Positions 30,919-40,240 of a stretch of 64,000 nucleotides of DNA are shown one piece after another. Source of the DNA: an uncultured delta proteobacterium. GTDB lineage: Bacteria; Desulfobacterota; Binatia; UBA9968. A program made the position numbers and the translations under genes. Each line of letters starts with the position of its first letter. The first letter of the stretch is position 1. The stretch lies in assembly GCA_963840855.1 (NCBI GenBank), contig CAWJBB010000027.1, forward strand, positions 1-64,000. The letters are read 5' to 3'. The notes below the pieces were generated by a model. The model was not told where the DNA came from. It ran no database searches and saw only the letters and a program-made list of their open reading frames with translations.

Positions 30919-31671
30919 ATGGTTTCACTATCCCTGCGCGGCGTTACCAAATGCTTCGGCTCGGTCAAAGCCGTCAACGGCGCGAATCTCGACGTGCAAA
31001 GCGGCGAGTTCTTGGTAATCGTCGGCGAAAGCGGTTGCGGCAAAACCACCACACTCAGGCTGATCGCAGGACTGGAGACTCCCGACGGGGGAACCATATT
31101 TATCGGCGGCGTGCCGGTCAACGATGTTCCCGTGGGCAAGCGCAACGTGCAGTTGATCTTTCAGAACTACGCCCTCTGGCCACACATGACGGTGTTCGAT
31201 GAAAAGAGTTATACCAATCTGACGCTGCCCCTAAAGGTTCGCAAATGGACCGCCGACCGGATCGGTGAGTTTCTCCGGCCCATCGCCCGGCGGGTCGGCA
31301 TCGAGGAGAGCCAGTATAAGCGCAAACCGAACGAGCTTTCCGGTGGCCAACAGCAGCGCGTCGCGCTGGGCAGGGCAATGGCGACTTCGCCGCAGATTCT
31401 TCTCATGGACGAACCGCTGAGCAACATCGATCCGCCGAACCGGCTACGGATGCGCAGCGAGATCATGAAGTTTCACCAGGAAAACAAGCTCACGACAATC
31501 TACGTGACCCATAATTTGGCCGATGGCATCGCTCTCGCCGACCGTATAGCGGTCATGCGCGAGGGGCGCTTCGAACAGGTGGACAGCGCGGAGAATCTCA
31601 TGCGACAACCCGGCTCGGACTATATCGCTGATTTTTTCAAGGCCGACCAGTTCAAATTGCGAGTCTCATAG
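30919..31671 (+). CDS. ABC transporter ATP-binding protein (orphan)
   Basis: GESGCGKTT, LSGGQQQRVA, LLMDEP, VTH. Confidence 0.92.
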   Translation: MVSLSLRGVTKCFGSVKAVNGANLDVQSGEFLVIVGESGCGKTTTLRLIAGLETPDGGTIFIGGVPVNDVPVGKRNVQLIFQNYALWPHMTVFDEKSYTNLTLPLKVRKWTADRIGEFLRPIARRVGIEESQYKRKPNELSGGQQQRVALGRAMATSPQILLMDEPLSNIDPPNRLRMRSEIMKFHQENKLTTIYVTHNLADGIALADRIAVMREGRFEQVDSAENLMRQPGSDYIADFFKADQFKLRVS

Positions 31672-31680
31672 ACGCAAGCC

Positions 31681-32466
31681 ATGAAGCGAACCCTCGCGGC
31701 CGGAATCCTCCTGCTATCTTTTCTAAGCGCGGGGACGGCACGCTCCGCCTGCCGCGAGCTTGACGTCGCCCGCGGCGTTTTCCGTCCCGCCTACGCCGCC
31801 CAACCGGACGTCACGGTGGAATTCTTCGGCCACAATTTTTTTCAGATCACCTCAAGCAAAGGGACGCGCATCATCACCGATCCGGTAGCGCCGGGCTTTT
31901 ATCCAACACCGAAAGTAACACCCCACGCCGTCACCATCGGGCGCGAGCATCCCAATCACAACTACGTCGAGCTTGCCCTGGGCAATCCGGTGGTATTGCG
32001 CGGCCTCGCCAACTACGGCGCCGAGTGGAACAAGATCAGCACCACAGTGGGCGACGTGCTGATTTATAGCGTGCCCGTTTACCAGCAACAGTTCGGTAAC
32101 GCTCTGAAGGGCGCGGCATTTGTCTTCGATCTCGGCGCGATTTGCATCGCCCACCTGGGCGATCTTGCGCACAAGCTTACCGAAGAGCAGATCAAAGCGT
32201 TTGGCAAAGTCGATATTGCCATGATCCCCATCGGCGGCACCTTCACAATGCCACCCGACACCGCGCGGGAAGTCTTACAACAATTGAAGCCGAAGATCGC
32301 GATTCCCATGCATTACCGAGAAAACACCGCGCTTTTGGATATGTTCGTAAAGGGCTTCCCGCACAAGTACCTCTCGACCTATAGTTACACCTTCAGCAAG
32401 GCGGCGCTGCCGGTGCCGACAATGATCATGGTCTTTACGCCCTGGGGAATGCGGGACTATCGATAG
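31681..32466 (+). CDS. Secreted MBL-fold metallo-hydrolase (Lactamase_B_3-like)
   Basis: Signal peptide; FFGHNFF, ITDP, EHPNHN, AHLGDL, PIGG.FTM, IPMHY. Confidence 0.82.
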   Translation: MKRTLAAGILLLSFLSAGTARSACRELDVARGVFRPAYAAQPDVTVEFFGHNFFQITSSKGTRIITDPVAPGFYPTPKVTPHAVTIGREHPNHNYVELALGNPVVLRGLANYGAEWNKISTTVGDVLIYSVPVYQQQFGNALKGAAFVFDLGAICIAHLGDLAHKLTEEQIKAFGKVDIAMIPIGGTFTMPPDTAREVLQQLKPKIAIPMHYRENTALLDMFVKGFPHKYLSTYSYTFSKAALPVPTMIMVFTPWGMRDYR

Positions 32467-32508
32467 GAAGGCGCAACCCGGTTTTCTCTGTGCACGTTGT
32501 GACTAGAT

Positions 32509-33498
32509 TCATATCTTAAACGCTTCCACCGTTTCGCGCGCGAAGAGCTCGTCGAGATTGAGCCGTTGCTTGATGAGTCCCTGCTCGAAGAGATAGCCAT
32601 GCAGGGTTTCTAGGTTTTTCCGGTTCGGATCGACTCCGTAGGGCCAAAAATCCGCTGTCATCAAATCCCTGGTATCTTCGTACTCAGCCGAGGTCCAAGG
32701 CAGACTGACGCGCAAAACGTTCGTGTCATAAAGATCGCGCATGCAGATCTCTTTGGCTTCGCAGAAAGCTTTATACAACGTCTGCGCCACCCACGGTTCT
32801 TTTTCGTAAATCGCCCGTTTAATCACGATCACATGCATGATCGGAAACAGACCGGTCTTTTTGAAATACGCCATCTCGACTTGTCGATAGTTCGGAAAAA
32901 GGCGCCTAACTTTTAGGGAACCTTCTAGAAAACAAGTGGGCATCCGTGGTGACATCATGGCGTCGATCTCGCCGCTCTCGATCATGGCGTTCAACGTGGT
33001 ATCGGGGCGGCTCTCCATGCGCACTCCCACGGGCATCTCGAAATCCACCCGGTCTTTTCGTCCCGGGTGTTCCTCGCCGGCTTGCACCCAGTGAATATCT
33101 TTCGGCGGGACGCCGTATTCATGCTCGAACATGCCGCGCAACCACACGGCGGCCGTCATGCTGTATTCCGGCACGCCCATGCGCTTGCCGCGCAGGTCTT
33201 CGACGCGCTGAATGCCGGAATTCGTGTTCACGAAGATACAACGATGGCGAAATGTGCGGGACGGAAAAACGGGTATCGCGATAAACGGCCGCCGGCCACG
33301 CGCCGCAGCGGTCAAAAATGCGCCCATGGAAAGCTCCGATGCATCGAATTCTTCGTACTTCATCATGCGCCAGAAGATTTCTTCGACGGACATGACCAGG
33401 TAGTTGATTTCGATGCCCTCCGGTTTGACGACGCCGTCTTTGAGCGGCCTGGTCCGGTCGTAGTCTTCACATGCCAAGGTTAAATGGAGCACGCTCAT
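32509..33498 (-). CDS. 4,5-dihydroxyphthalate decarboxylase-like protein (PBP fold)
   Basis: LACEDYDRT, FDASELS, PVFPSRTFRH, GVPEYSMTAAVWLRG, FPIMH, WPYG; no signal peptide. Confidence 0.8.
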   Translation of the reverse strand: MSVLHLTLACEDYDRTRPLKDGVVKPEGIEINYLVMSVEEIFWRMMKYEEFDASELSMGAFLTAAARGRRPFIAIPVFPSRTFRHRCIFVNTNSGIQRVEDLRGKRMGVPEYSMTAAVWLRGMFEHEYGVPPKDIHWVQAGEEHPGRKDRVDFEMPVGVRMESRPDTTLNAMIESGEIDAMMSPRMPTCFLEGSLKVRRLFPNYRQVEMAYFKKTGLFPIMHVIVIKRAIYEKEPWVAQTLYKAFCEAKEICMRDLYDTNVLRVSLPWTSAEYEDTRDLMTADFWPYGVDPNRKNLETLHGYLFEQGLIKQRLNLDELFARETVEAFKI

Positions 33499-34163
33499 TT
33501 TTTTCTCGTACCGGATGATGACTTTACTTTTTGCGCGCCCGCCACCAGTTTTACGAATTTTTGCATTTCTGTGACGAACCGTTTTTTGCCCTCTTCCTTC
33601 AACAAGCTTTCCAGGTACGCGCTACCGAGACATATACCCGTCACACCGGCGCGCACGTACTCTTGGACGTTCTTCAGGCTCACGCCGCCTGAGACCATAT
33701 ACCGTATATCAGGGAACGGTCCCCGCATCTGCTTGACGAAATAGTGCCCGCCGACCAAATCGGCGGGGAAAATCTTGACAAGATCCGCATGCGCGCGCCT
33801 TGCGGCGATTATCTCCGTGGGTGTCGCCGCGCCGGGAACGCAAGCGACGTTGGCCCCATGGCAGATCTCGACCAAGTTAAGCTCCAGCGACGGCGATACG
33901 ACAAACTCCGCGCCGGCGTTGATGGCCCGTTCCGCCTGCTGCGGAGCTAGCACCGTGCCGGCGCCGACGTGAACTCTTTTCTCGCGCGCCAGCTCACCCA
34001 TAACATCCAAAGCGCCCGGCACGCTGAAGGTGATCTCGACGAATTTGATTCCACCCTCCGCCGCGGCGTGTGCCAACCCCAAAGCTTCTTCGGCGCTCTG
34101 CGAACGCACCACGGCCACCAAACGGCTTACGTAAAGTTCGGAAACGAGCCGGATTCGATCCAT
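33495..34163 (-). CDS. eda: KHG/KDPG aldolase
   Basis: VAVVR, VEITF, GAGTVL, FVVSP, TPTEI, VKIFPA, SGGV. Confidence 0.88.
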   Translation of the reverse strand: MDRIRLVSELYVSRLVAVVRSQSAEEALGLAHAAAEGGIKFVEITFSVPGALDVMGELAREKRVHVGAGTVLAPQQAERAINAGAEFVVSPSLELNLVEICHGANVACVPGAATPTEIIAARRAHADLVKIFPADLVGGHYFVKQMRGPFPDIRYMVSGGVSLKNVQEYVRAGVTGICLGSAYLESLLKEEGKKRFVTEMQKFVKLVAGAQKVKSSSGTRKK

Positions 34164-34171
34164 AGTAAGGA

Positions 34172-34236
34172 GCGTTCAATGCGTTCAAAAAGTTCAAATC
34201 GTTCAAAACGGCTTGAACAGCTCGAACGGCTTGAAC
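34172..34236. repeat. Inverted 9-bp-period tandem array
   Basis: gcgttcaat gcgttcaaa aagttcaaa tcgttcaaa / ttgaacagc tcgaacggc ttgaac. Confidence 0.8.
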
Positions 34237-34242
34237 TGACCG

Positions 34243-35016
34243 CTAAGTTAGACTCAACCCGCCATCGACGATCAACGTCTGCCCGGTGACGAAATCCCCA
34301 CCGGTAATAAGTCCGAGAATCGCGCCGGCGATGTCTTCAGGGCTGGCGATGCGTTGCAATGGATAACCCGCGGAGGCGTTGGCGATCACCTGTTGGTAGT
34401 CGGCGCCGAAGTGCTGGCTCATCCATGGCGTGTCGGTGAACGCCGGCGCAACGCAGTTGACGCGGACCTTCGGCGCCATTGCCACGGCCAGCCCGCGGGT
34501 CATATAAATCAACGCTGCCTTCGCCGTACCATAAGCCAGCGACGACATCGTCGATGGCGCTAGCACGCCACTGATCGATGAAACGTTGACGATCATTCCC
34601 TGGCTCGCCTCTAACAACGCCGCCGCCGCCCGCGCGCAGCGGAATGCGCCTTTGACGTTGACATCGAAAATCTCATCCCAGATCGCATCCGTCAGGCCCG
34701 CCAAATCGGCGAGATTCACCCAGTGGGTCACGCCGGCACTATTGATGACAATATCGAGCCGGCCAAATGTTTCACCGATCTCGGCGATCGCGGAGCAGAC
34801 CTGCTCGTCGTTTTGAACATCGGCCTGAACAGCGACGGCTTTCACGCCACTGCGAGAGATTTCCTGGGCGAGTTCTTCGGCCTCCCGCCTCGACTTGCGG
34901 TAATTGATTGCGATACCGCTGATACCGGCCTTAGCCAGGCTACGCACCACCGCCCCGCCGATCCCGCCGGCGCCGCCGGTCACCAGAGCTACTCTGCCGC
35001 TTAATTCCACAAGCAT
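34243..35016 (-). CDS. SDR family oxidoreductase
   Basis: VTGGAGGIG, INSAG, NVSS, YGTAK, VRVNCVAP, DGG. Confidence 0.92.
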   Translation of the reverse strand: MLVELSGRVALVTGGAGGIGGAVVRSLAKAGISGIAINYRKSRREAEELAQEISRSGVKAVAVQADVQNDEQVCSAIAEIGETFGRLDIVINSAGVTHWVNLADLAGLTDAIWDEIFDVNVKGAFRCARAAAALLEASQGMIVNVSSISGVLAPSTMSSLAYGTAKAALIYMTRGLAVAMAPKVRVNCVAPAFTDTPWMSQHFGADYQQVIANASAGYPLQRIASPEDIAGAILGLITGGDFVTGQTLIVDGGLSLT

Positions 35017-35029
35017 CCTTTCGGAATGA

Positions 35030-35105
35030 AGTCTCGGGTCCAGAGTCTTGAGTCTCGAGTCCTCTCCGACACACTGACAATCAGAATCAACTCTAGACGC
35101 CAGGC
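35030..35105. repeat. Heptamer array (GTCTCG/GTCYAG type) with weak inverted arm
   Basis: agtctcg ggtccag agtcttg agtctcg agtcc ... actctagacgccagg. Confidence 0.65.
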
Positions 35106-35123
35106 CAACGGCCATCTTTATCC

Positions 35124-36860
35124 TTATCCTTTAGCCTTCATCCTTTCTCTCATCTTCTTCGTCTCCTCTTCGTCGATCTCCCAATCGCGCGGCAGTTTTA
35201 CAAGCGCGTCGGGCTTGCCTGTGAAACGTACGGCGACGCCATAGCTCTTTTCCGCTTCTTCGGGACCGACGTAACCTTCAATCACATCCCGCAGAACCAG
35301 CTCAGGCGCGCGCTCAAAAGCATTACCGTAGCCGCCGCCCCCCGGAAGATTCACATGAACGACATCGCCCCGCTTGAGATCCACCATTGCCTTGGCGTGT
35401 AAGCGCGTGCCGTCGCCAAGCAGCACTTCCCCCTTGGCGCCGCTACCGCCGCCGAGAAGGCCGGGCGCAGGATACTCGGTGCGGTCGGCGATCGAGCTAA
35501 CGCTCCACCTGCCCTCGCCCCGTCTGGTAAACTCCGTGAGTTGTCCCAACCCGCCGCGCCACTTGCCCGCGCCGCCGGAATCGGGGCGCAATTGGCGCCG
35601 TTGCAAAACCACCGGCGACAAACTTTCGATTACTTCAGCCGGCACGCCGGCAACGCCGCTGGGAAAGCCCACCGCGCTCAAGCCGTCTTTCGCGGGCCGC
35701 GCGCCGGTGCCGCCCACTTGAAAGATCGTCAGGGTAAAGGGTGGATTTTGTCCGCGCCAGACACTGAGCCAGATCGGATCGGCGCCGGGTGCCATCAAAC
35801 GGCCGGGCAGCGCCCCGGACAACGCGGCGAAAATCGCGCTGGGGATAAAGTGGCCGATCACCTGGCGACTTGCCACCGGCGCCGGATCGAGAGCGTTCAT
35901 GATACTGCCCGGCGGCGCGCTCACATGCACGGGGCGGAAGCTGCCTTCGTTGTGCGGCACGTCGGGGCAGATCGCCGCTTTTATCGCGAAGCTGGCGTAG
36001 GCGTGGGTGTAATTCAGCACGACATTTATACCGCGCGTGCTCTGCGGCGAGGAGCCGGCAAAATCGATGAAGATCTCGTCGCCCGCCACCTTCACGGTGC
36101 AGCGAATCACGATGGGCTCTTCGAAACCGTCGCTCCAGGTTTCGTTCGACCATTCTCCGCTGGGGAGTTTCCGAATCTCGCTCCGCACCGCAGTTTCCGA
36201 TCGCGCGATGATTTCCTCCGCCACCGGATCGATGCTGTCGAGAGCGAACTCCTCCATCATTTCGAGCAGCGCCCGGCCGCCGGCATCGTTACTCGCCGTC
36301 TGCGCATAAAAATCGCCGATGACTTCATCGGGCTGGCGCACGTTGGAGCGCACCAGCTGCATGAGAATACGGTTAGGCTCGCCGCGGTCGAACAACTTCA
36401 TGATCGGGATGCGCAGCCCCTCCTCGAAGACTTCGCGCGCTTCGGCGGAGAGAATGCGCCCGCCGATATCGGCGCTATGGCAAGTATTGGCAAACAGCGC
36501 CACCAGTTTGCCGTGTTTGAAGACCGGCGTGGTGATGGTAATGTCGTTGATCTGTCCGGCGGTTTGCCAGGGATCGTTGGTGATCAAAACATCGCCCGGC
36601 GCCATTTTGTCGGCTGGAAAGGCGGCGAGAAAATGTTTCATCGACGTCGCCATGGCGTTGATATGCCCCGGCGTGCCGCTCAGCGACTGCGCGATCATCC
36701 TGCCTTTGGTGTCGAACAAACCGCAGGCAAGGTCCTGGCTTTCGCGGACAATCGTACTAAAAGCAGTGCGAATGAGGGCGTCCTGCTGCTCGTTGGCGAC
36801 CGAAAGAAATCGGTTCCAGATGACTTCCAGGGTCACCGGATCCATGGCGTTATTTTGCAC
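35124..36860 (-). CDS. Hydantoinase B/oxoprolinase family protein
   Basis: DPVTLEVIWN, RTAFSTIVRE, TNDPW, HSADIGG, EEGLRIP, DSGGAGKWRGG, GGGGYG. Confidence 0.93.
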   Translation of the reverse strand: MQNNAMDPVTLEVIWNRFLSVANEQQDALIRTAFSTIVRESQDLACGLFDTKGRMIAQSLSGTPGHINAMATSMKHFLAAFPADKMAPGDVLITNDPWQTAGQINDITITTPVFKHGKLVALFANTCHSADIGGRILSAEAREVFEEGLRIPIMKLFDRGEPNRILMQLVRSNVRQPDEVIGDFYAQTASNDAGGRALLEMMEEFALDSIDPVAEEIIARSETAVRSEIRKLPSGEWSNETWSDGFEEPIVIRCTVKVAGDEIFIDFAGSSPQSTRGINVVLNYTHAYASFAIKAAICPDVPHNEGSFRPVHVSAPPGSIMNALDPAPVASRQVIGHFIPSAIFAALSGALPGRLMAPGADPIWLSVWRGQNPPFTLTIFQVGGTGARPAKDGLSAVGFPSGVAGVPAEVIESLSPVVLQRRQLRPDSGGAGKWRGGLGQLTEFTRRGEGRWSVSSIADRTEYPAPGLLGGGSGAKGEVLLGDGTRLHAKAMVDLKRGDVVHVNLPGGGGYGNAFERAPELVLRDVIEGYVGPEEAEKSYGVAVRFTGKPDALVKLPRDWEIDEEETKKMRERMKAKG

Positions 36861-38928
36861 CCGTCAACTCCACGATGATATCGAGCCTTTCGTCCACCCG
36901 TGCGCGGCCGCCGGCGCCGACGATCAAGGTCGATTCCCGTTCTTCTACAATGGCGGGACCTGCGAATTTCATTCCCGGCTGCAATGCGTAGCGGTCGAAA
37001 ACCGCCGTCTCCACATAGCCGCCGCATTCCGGGAAATAAGCGCGGCGCGGGCTTTTGCGCGCGCCGTCGCGATTAGACTCGCCCCGCGGCAGCTGCAAAT
37101 TCATCTCGGGGCGCGGTCCACTGGCGACCACCCGCCAGTTGATGATTTCGAGCGGCACATCGGGACCTTTGCGCCCGTATAGATTTTTATAAGTATCCTC
37201 GAAAGCGGCGCCGATCTGAGCCTGATGCCGCGGGCCCAACTCGCCGTCTGGCACTCGCACCGACACTTCATGTCCCTGCCCGACATAGCGCATATCGGCG
37301 GTTCGCTGATAAGCGATGGCAGTTTTCGCCAGGCCTGAACTTTCAAGCACGCGGCGCCCTTCTTCCGCCATCTCGTTAAGTAAGCCGTTGGCGAATGACC
37401 AATCGAGTTCATCGAGACGGCTGTAGGCGCTGCGCACGAAGTCGAACGCCAGCGGCGCCGCCAGCAGACCGAAGGTCGAGCCGACGCCGGCGCCAAAGGG
37501 TGAGATCAACGCCGGCAAGCGCAATATCTCGGCCACGCGATAACCATGCACGGGACCGGCGCCGCCAAAGGCATACATCGGCATGCGCCGCGGATCTTTG
37601 CCGCGCTCGCCCAGATGGGCGCGCGCCGCGTTGGCCATATTTTCGTTGACGATCTGGTGAATACCCCAGGCGACTTGCTCGACGTTCATGTTCAAAGGCT
37701 GGGCCAGACGGCCCAGCGCCGCACGGGCGCCGCCCAGATCGAGTTGCATTTTGCCGCCCAGAAAATAGTTAGGATCGAGGTAGCCGAGCACGAGATCGGC
37801 GTCGGTCACCGTGGCATCGCTGCCGCCCTGCCGATAACAAACCGGGCCCGGGTCCGCGCCAGAACTATCCGGCCCGACTTTGAGCAGGCCCAGGGAATCT
37901 ACCCGCGCGATGCTGCCGCCGCCGGCGCCAAGCTCGATCATATCGATCACGGGGACGCGCACCGGCAAGCCGCTGCCCTTGCGAAAACGATAGACGCGGT
38001 CGACTTCGAACTCATGGGTCTTGAGCGGCTCACCGTCTTCGATGACGCAGAGCTTTGCCGTGGTGCCGCCCATGTCGAATGAAAGCAAATCCCTGTGGCC
38101 GGAGCGCACTCCGGCGTAGGCCGCCGCCAACGCTCCCGCGGCGGGACCTGATTCCAAAAGCCGCACTGGAAAGCGCGACGAGGTCTCCCGCGTCGCGATC
38201 CCGCCGCTCGACAACATGACGAAGAAACTCCCCGCAAAGCCGATGCCGTCGAGCCGCGCCTGCAACTGCCCGAGATAAGCCGACACCCGCTCCTGCACGT
38301 AAACATTGGCCAAGGTCGTGCTGGTGCGCTGGAACTCGCGAATCTCGGCGACCACTTCCGAGCTGAGCGATACGCGCATCTCCGGCGCGATTTCCCCGAT
38401 GATCTCGGCGGTGCGCCGTTCGTGCTCGGGGTTGCGAAAACTGTTGAGGTAGCAAACGCCGATGGCTCGGATGCCCTTGTCGCGCAGCTCGGTGACGAGC
38501 CGGCGCACGAAGGATTCGTCGAGCGGCTTAAGCACACTGCCGTCTGCCGCGACCCGCTCCGGCACGTCAAAGCGCAAATGGCGCGGCACCAGCGGCTTGG
38601 GCAAATCCAAATTTAAGTCGTACAGTTCGTAGCGGTGTTCGCGGCCGATCTCGACGGCATCGCGGAAGCCGGCGGTGGTGAGCAGCGCCGTGGACGCGCC
38701 TTTGCGCTCGATGAGCGCATTGGTCACTAACGTTGTGCCATGGATCAAGGTGCCGCGCTCGGCGGTTTGCCCGGCGCCGTTTTTCAGCGCCGGGCTGAGC
38801 GCATTTTCAACCGCGAGACTAGGATCCCCCGGCGTCGTCAGAGTTTTCCCGATGACCACCTTTCCGTCCGAACCGACGAACAGCATGTCGGTAAAGGTGC
38901 CGCCGATGTCGATGCCGACTTTATACAT
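36850..38928 (-). CDS. Hydantoinase A/oxoprolinase family protein
   Basis: GIDIGGTFTD, HGTTLVTNA, SGPAAG, DMGGTT, GAGGGSIA, GPVCY, FGGAGP, RYVGQ. Confidence 0.94.
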   Translation of the reverse strand: MYKVGIDIGGTFTDMLFVGSDGKVVIGKTLTTPGDPSLAVENALSPALKNGAGQTAERGTLIHGTTLVTNALIERKGASTALLTTAGFRDAVEIGREHRYELYDLNLDLPKPLVPRHLRFDVPERVAADGSVLKPLDESFVRRLVTELRDKGIRAIGVCYLNSFRNPEHERRTAEIIGEIAPEMRVSLSSEVVAEIREFQRTSTTLANVYVQERVSAYLGQLQARLDGIGFAGSFFVMLSSGGIATRETSSRFPVRLLESGPAAGALAAAYAGVRSGHRDLLSFDMGGTTAKLCVIEDGEPLKTHEFEVDRVYRFRKGSGLPVRVPVIDMIELGAGGGSIARVDSLGLLKVGPDSSGADPGPVCYRQGGSDATVTDADLVLGYLDPNYFLGGKMQLDLGGARAALGRLAQPLNMNVEQVAWGIHQIVNENMANAARAHLGERGKDPRRMPMYAFGGAGPVHGYRVAEILRLPALISPFGAGVGSTFGLLAAPLAFDFVRSAYSRLDELDWSFANGLLNEMAEEGRRVLESSGLAKTAIAYQRTADMRYVGQGHEVSVRVPDGELGPRHQAQIGAAFEDTYKNLYGRKGPDVPLEIINWRVVASGPRPEMNLQLPRGESNRDGARKSPRRAYFPECGGYVETAVFDRYALQPGMKFAGPAIVEERESTLIVGAGGRARVDERLDIIVELTGAK

Positions 38929-38930
38929 GG

Positions 38931-39022
38931 AGTCTAAGTTTCAAGGTCTAGGGTCTCGTGTCTAGGGTCTAGAGTTACTCGTCCGCCACGCAAACCCGAG
39001 ACCCGAGACGCCGGACCCTGGA
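38931..39022. repeat. Inverted heptamer array (GTCTAG/CCCGAG type)
   Basis: ggtctag ggtctcg tgtctag ggtctag ... acccgag acccgag acgccgg accctgg ac. Confidence 0.75.
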
Positions 39023-39029
39023 CAATAAT

Positions 39030-40049
39030 TTATTGGCCGAACAGATCCAAAAGCCTTTGGGTTTGATGCGCCGCGGCCGGCCGTAAAAGCGGAATCTTAA
39101 CACCGGCGTCGCGGTATTGCTGCACGCGCTTTTTGACTTCGTCCGGCGCGCCACTGGCGGTCATGCCTTCGACGTAGGAATCGGGAATCGCCTTGATGAG
39201 CCCTTCCATGCCGCCTTCGGCATGGGCCTTCTCAAAAATCGGAATATCTTCTTTGCGAATATACGGCTCGCCAACGCGCATCTTGGGCGCGGCGATGAAG
39301 GAAATCTGTACCGGATCGAGCTTGGTCGCCACCTCCCAGCGCACGGCGTCCAGCGCCTTCTTATGGTCGTCTTCGATGGAGCAATTGATGATCTGGGCAA
39401 CTTCGAACTTGGAAAAATCCCGTCCCGCTTGCTGCGCTGATTCTTTGATGATTTTTAGCGCATTGACCGTATATTCCGGCGAGCATACCGCGTTGAGCAC
39501 GACGCCGTCGCCCACCGCTCCGGCGAGTTTGAGGCCGATGGTGGCGGTCGCTGGAACGTAAAACGGAATATGCGTCCGGATGGGCTTCCAACCAAGTCCG
39601 ACATTGTCGAAGTTGACGAACTTGCCATGATACGAAACTTTCTCGCCGCTAAAGAGCAGCCGCATCGATTCGATGTACTCCCGCAAAACCTCCGTCGGCG
39701 TCGCGCCCACGTCCTGCGGCAGCGCGTGCACCCGCGCATGGCTTTTCGTACAAGCGCCGGGAGCGGCGGTGATGCGCCCGCCGGTCAATTCATCCAGCGT
39801 CGCCAGCGACTGCGCCATCACCACGGGGCCGCGCAATCGGACGATCTGGGTCGTGCCCAGGGTAAGATTCTTGGTGGCCAATCCAATCGCCGACAGCGAC
39901 GATACCGAATCGCGCATCAGCTCAATGGTCTCTGAGAAAAACGCCATCTCAAAGCCGCGTTCCTCGGCTTGCCGCATGATATCCGTCATCTCGCGTACAT
40001 TGGTAAATTTACCGTAACCTAGGGCGTAACCGACTCGCTGCTTCACCAT
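39030..40049 (-). CDS. LLM class flavin/F420-dependent oxidoreductase
   Basis: AEERGFE, ATLDELTGGR, GEKVSYHGKF, LAGAVGDGV, GAPDEV. Confidence 0.88.
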   Translation of the reverse strand: MVKQRVGYALGYGKFTNVREMTDIMRQAEERGFEMAFFSETIELMRDSVSSLSAIGLATKNLTLGTTQIVRLRGPVVMAQSLATLDELTGGRITAAPGACTKSHARVHALPQDVGATPTEVLREYIESMRLLFSGEKVSYHGKFVNFDNVGLGWKPIRTHIPFYVPATATIGLKLAGAVGDGVVLNAVCSPEYTVNALKIIKESAQQAGRDFSKFEVAQIINCSIEDDHKKALDAVRWEVATKLDPVQISFIAAPKMRVGEPYIRKEDIPIFEKAHAEGGMEGLIKAIPDSYVEGMTASGAPDEVKKRVQQYRDAGVKIPLLRPAAAHQTQRLLDLFGQ

Positions 40050-40240
40050 CAAAGGGCTCCTTACCAGAATTCGTTTGCTAAGACCTTTTCGTTTAGATTT
40101 ATTTACAATTGTAGTCTGATTCATACTTGAAGGCGATATAGGCGTCAACGTAGCGCGTTGAGAATCACCGTGTCGGCAACGGCCGGTACGAAAGCGTCAG
40201 GGATAAGAATACTATATTGATGGGCACGAGAGCGGGTTTC

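Noticed and set aside
34172-34236. LexA boxes (GTTC/GAAC)
   Set aside because: Periods of 7 and 9 do not match GTTC-N7-GTTC or GAAC-N4-GTTC, and flanking genes are not SOS genes
35541-36878. 445-aa + strand ORF (also 52613-53398, 50802-51671, 36319-37182)
   Set aside because: Antisense shadows of well-supported genes in GC-rich DNA, with no motifs of their own
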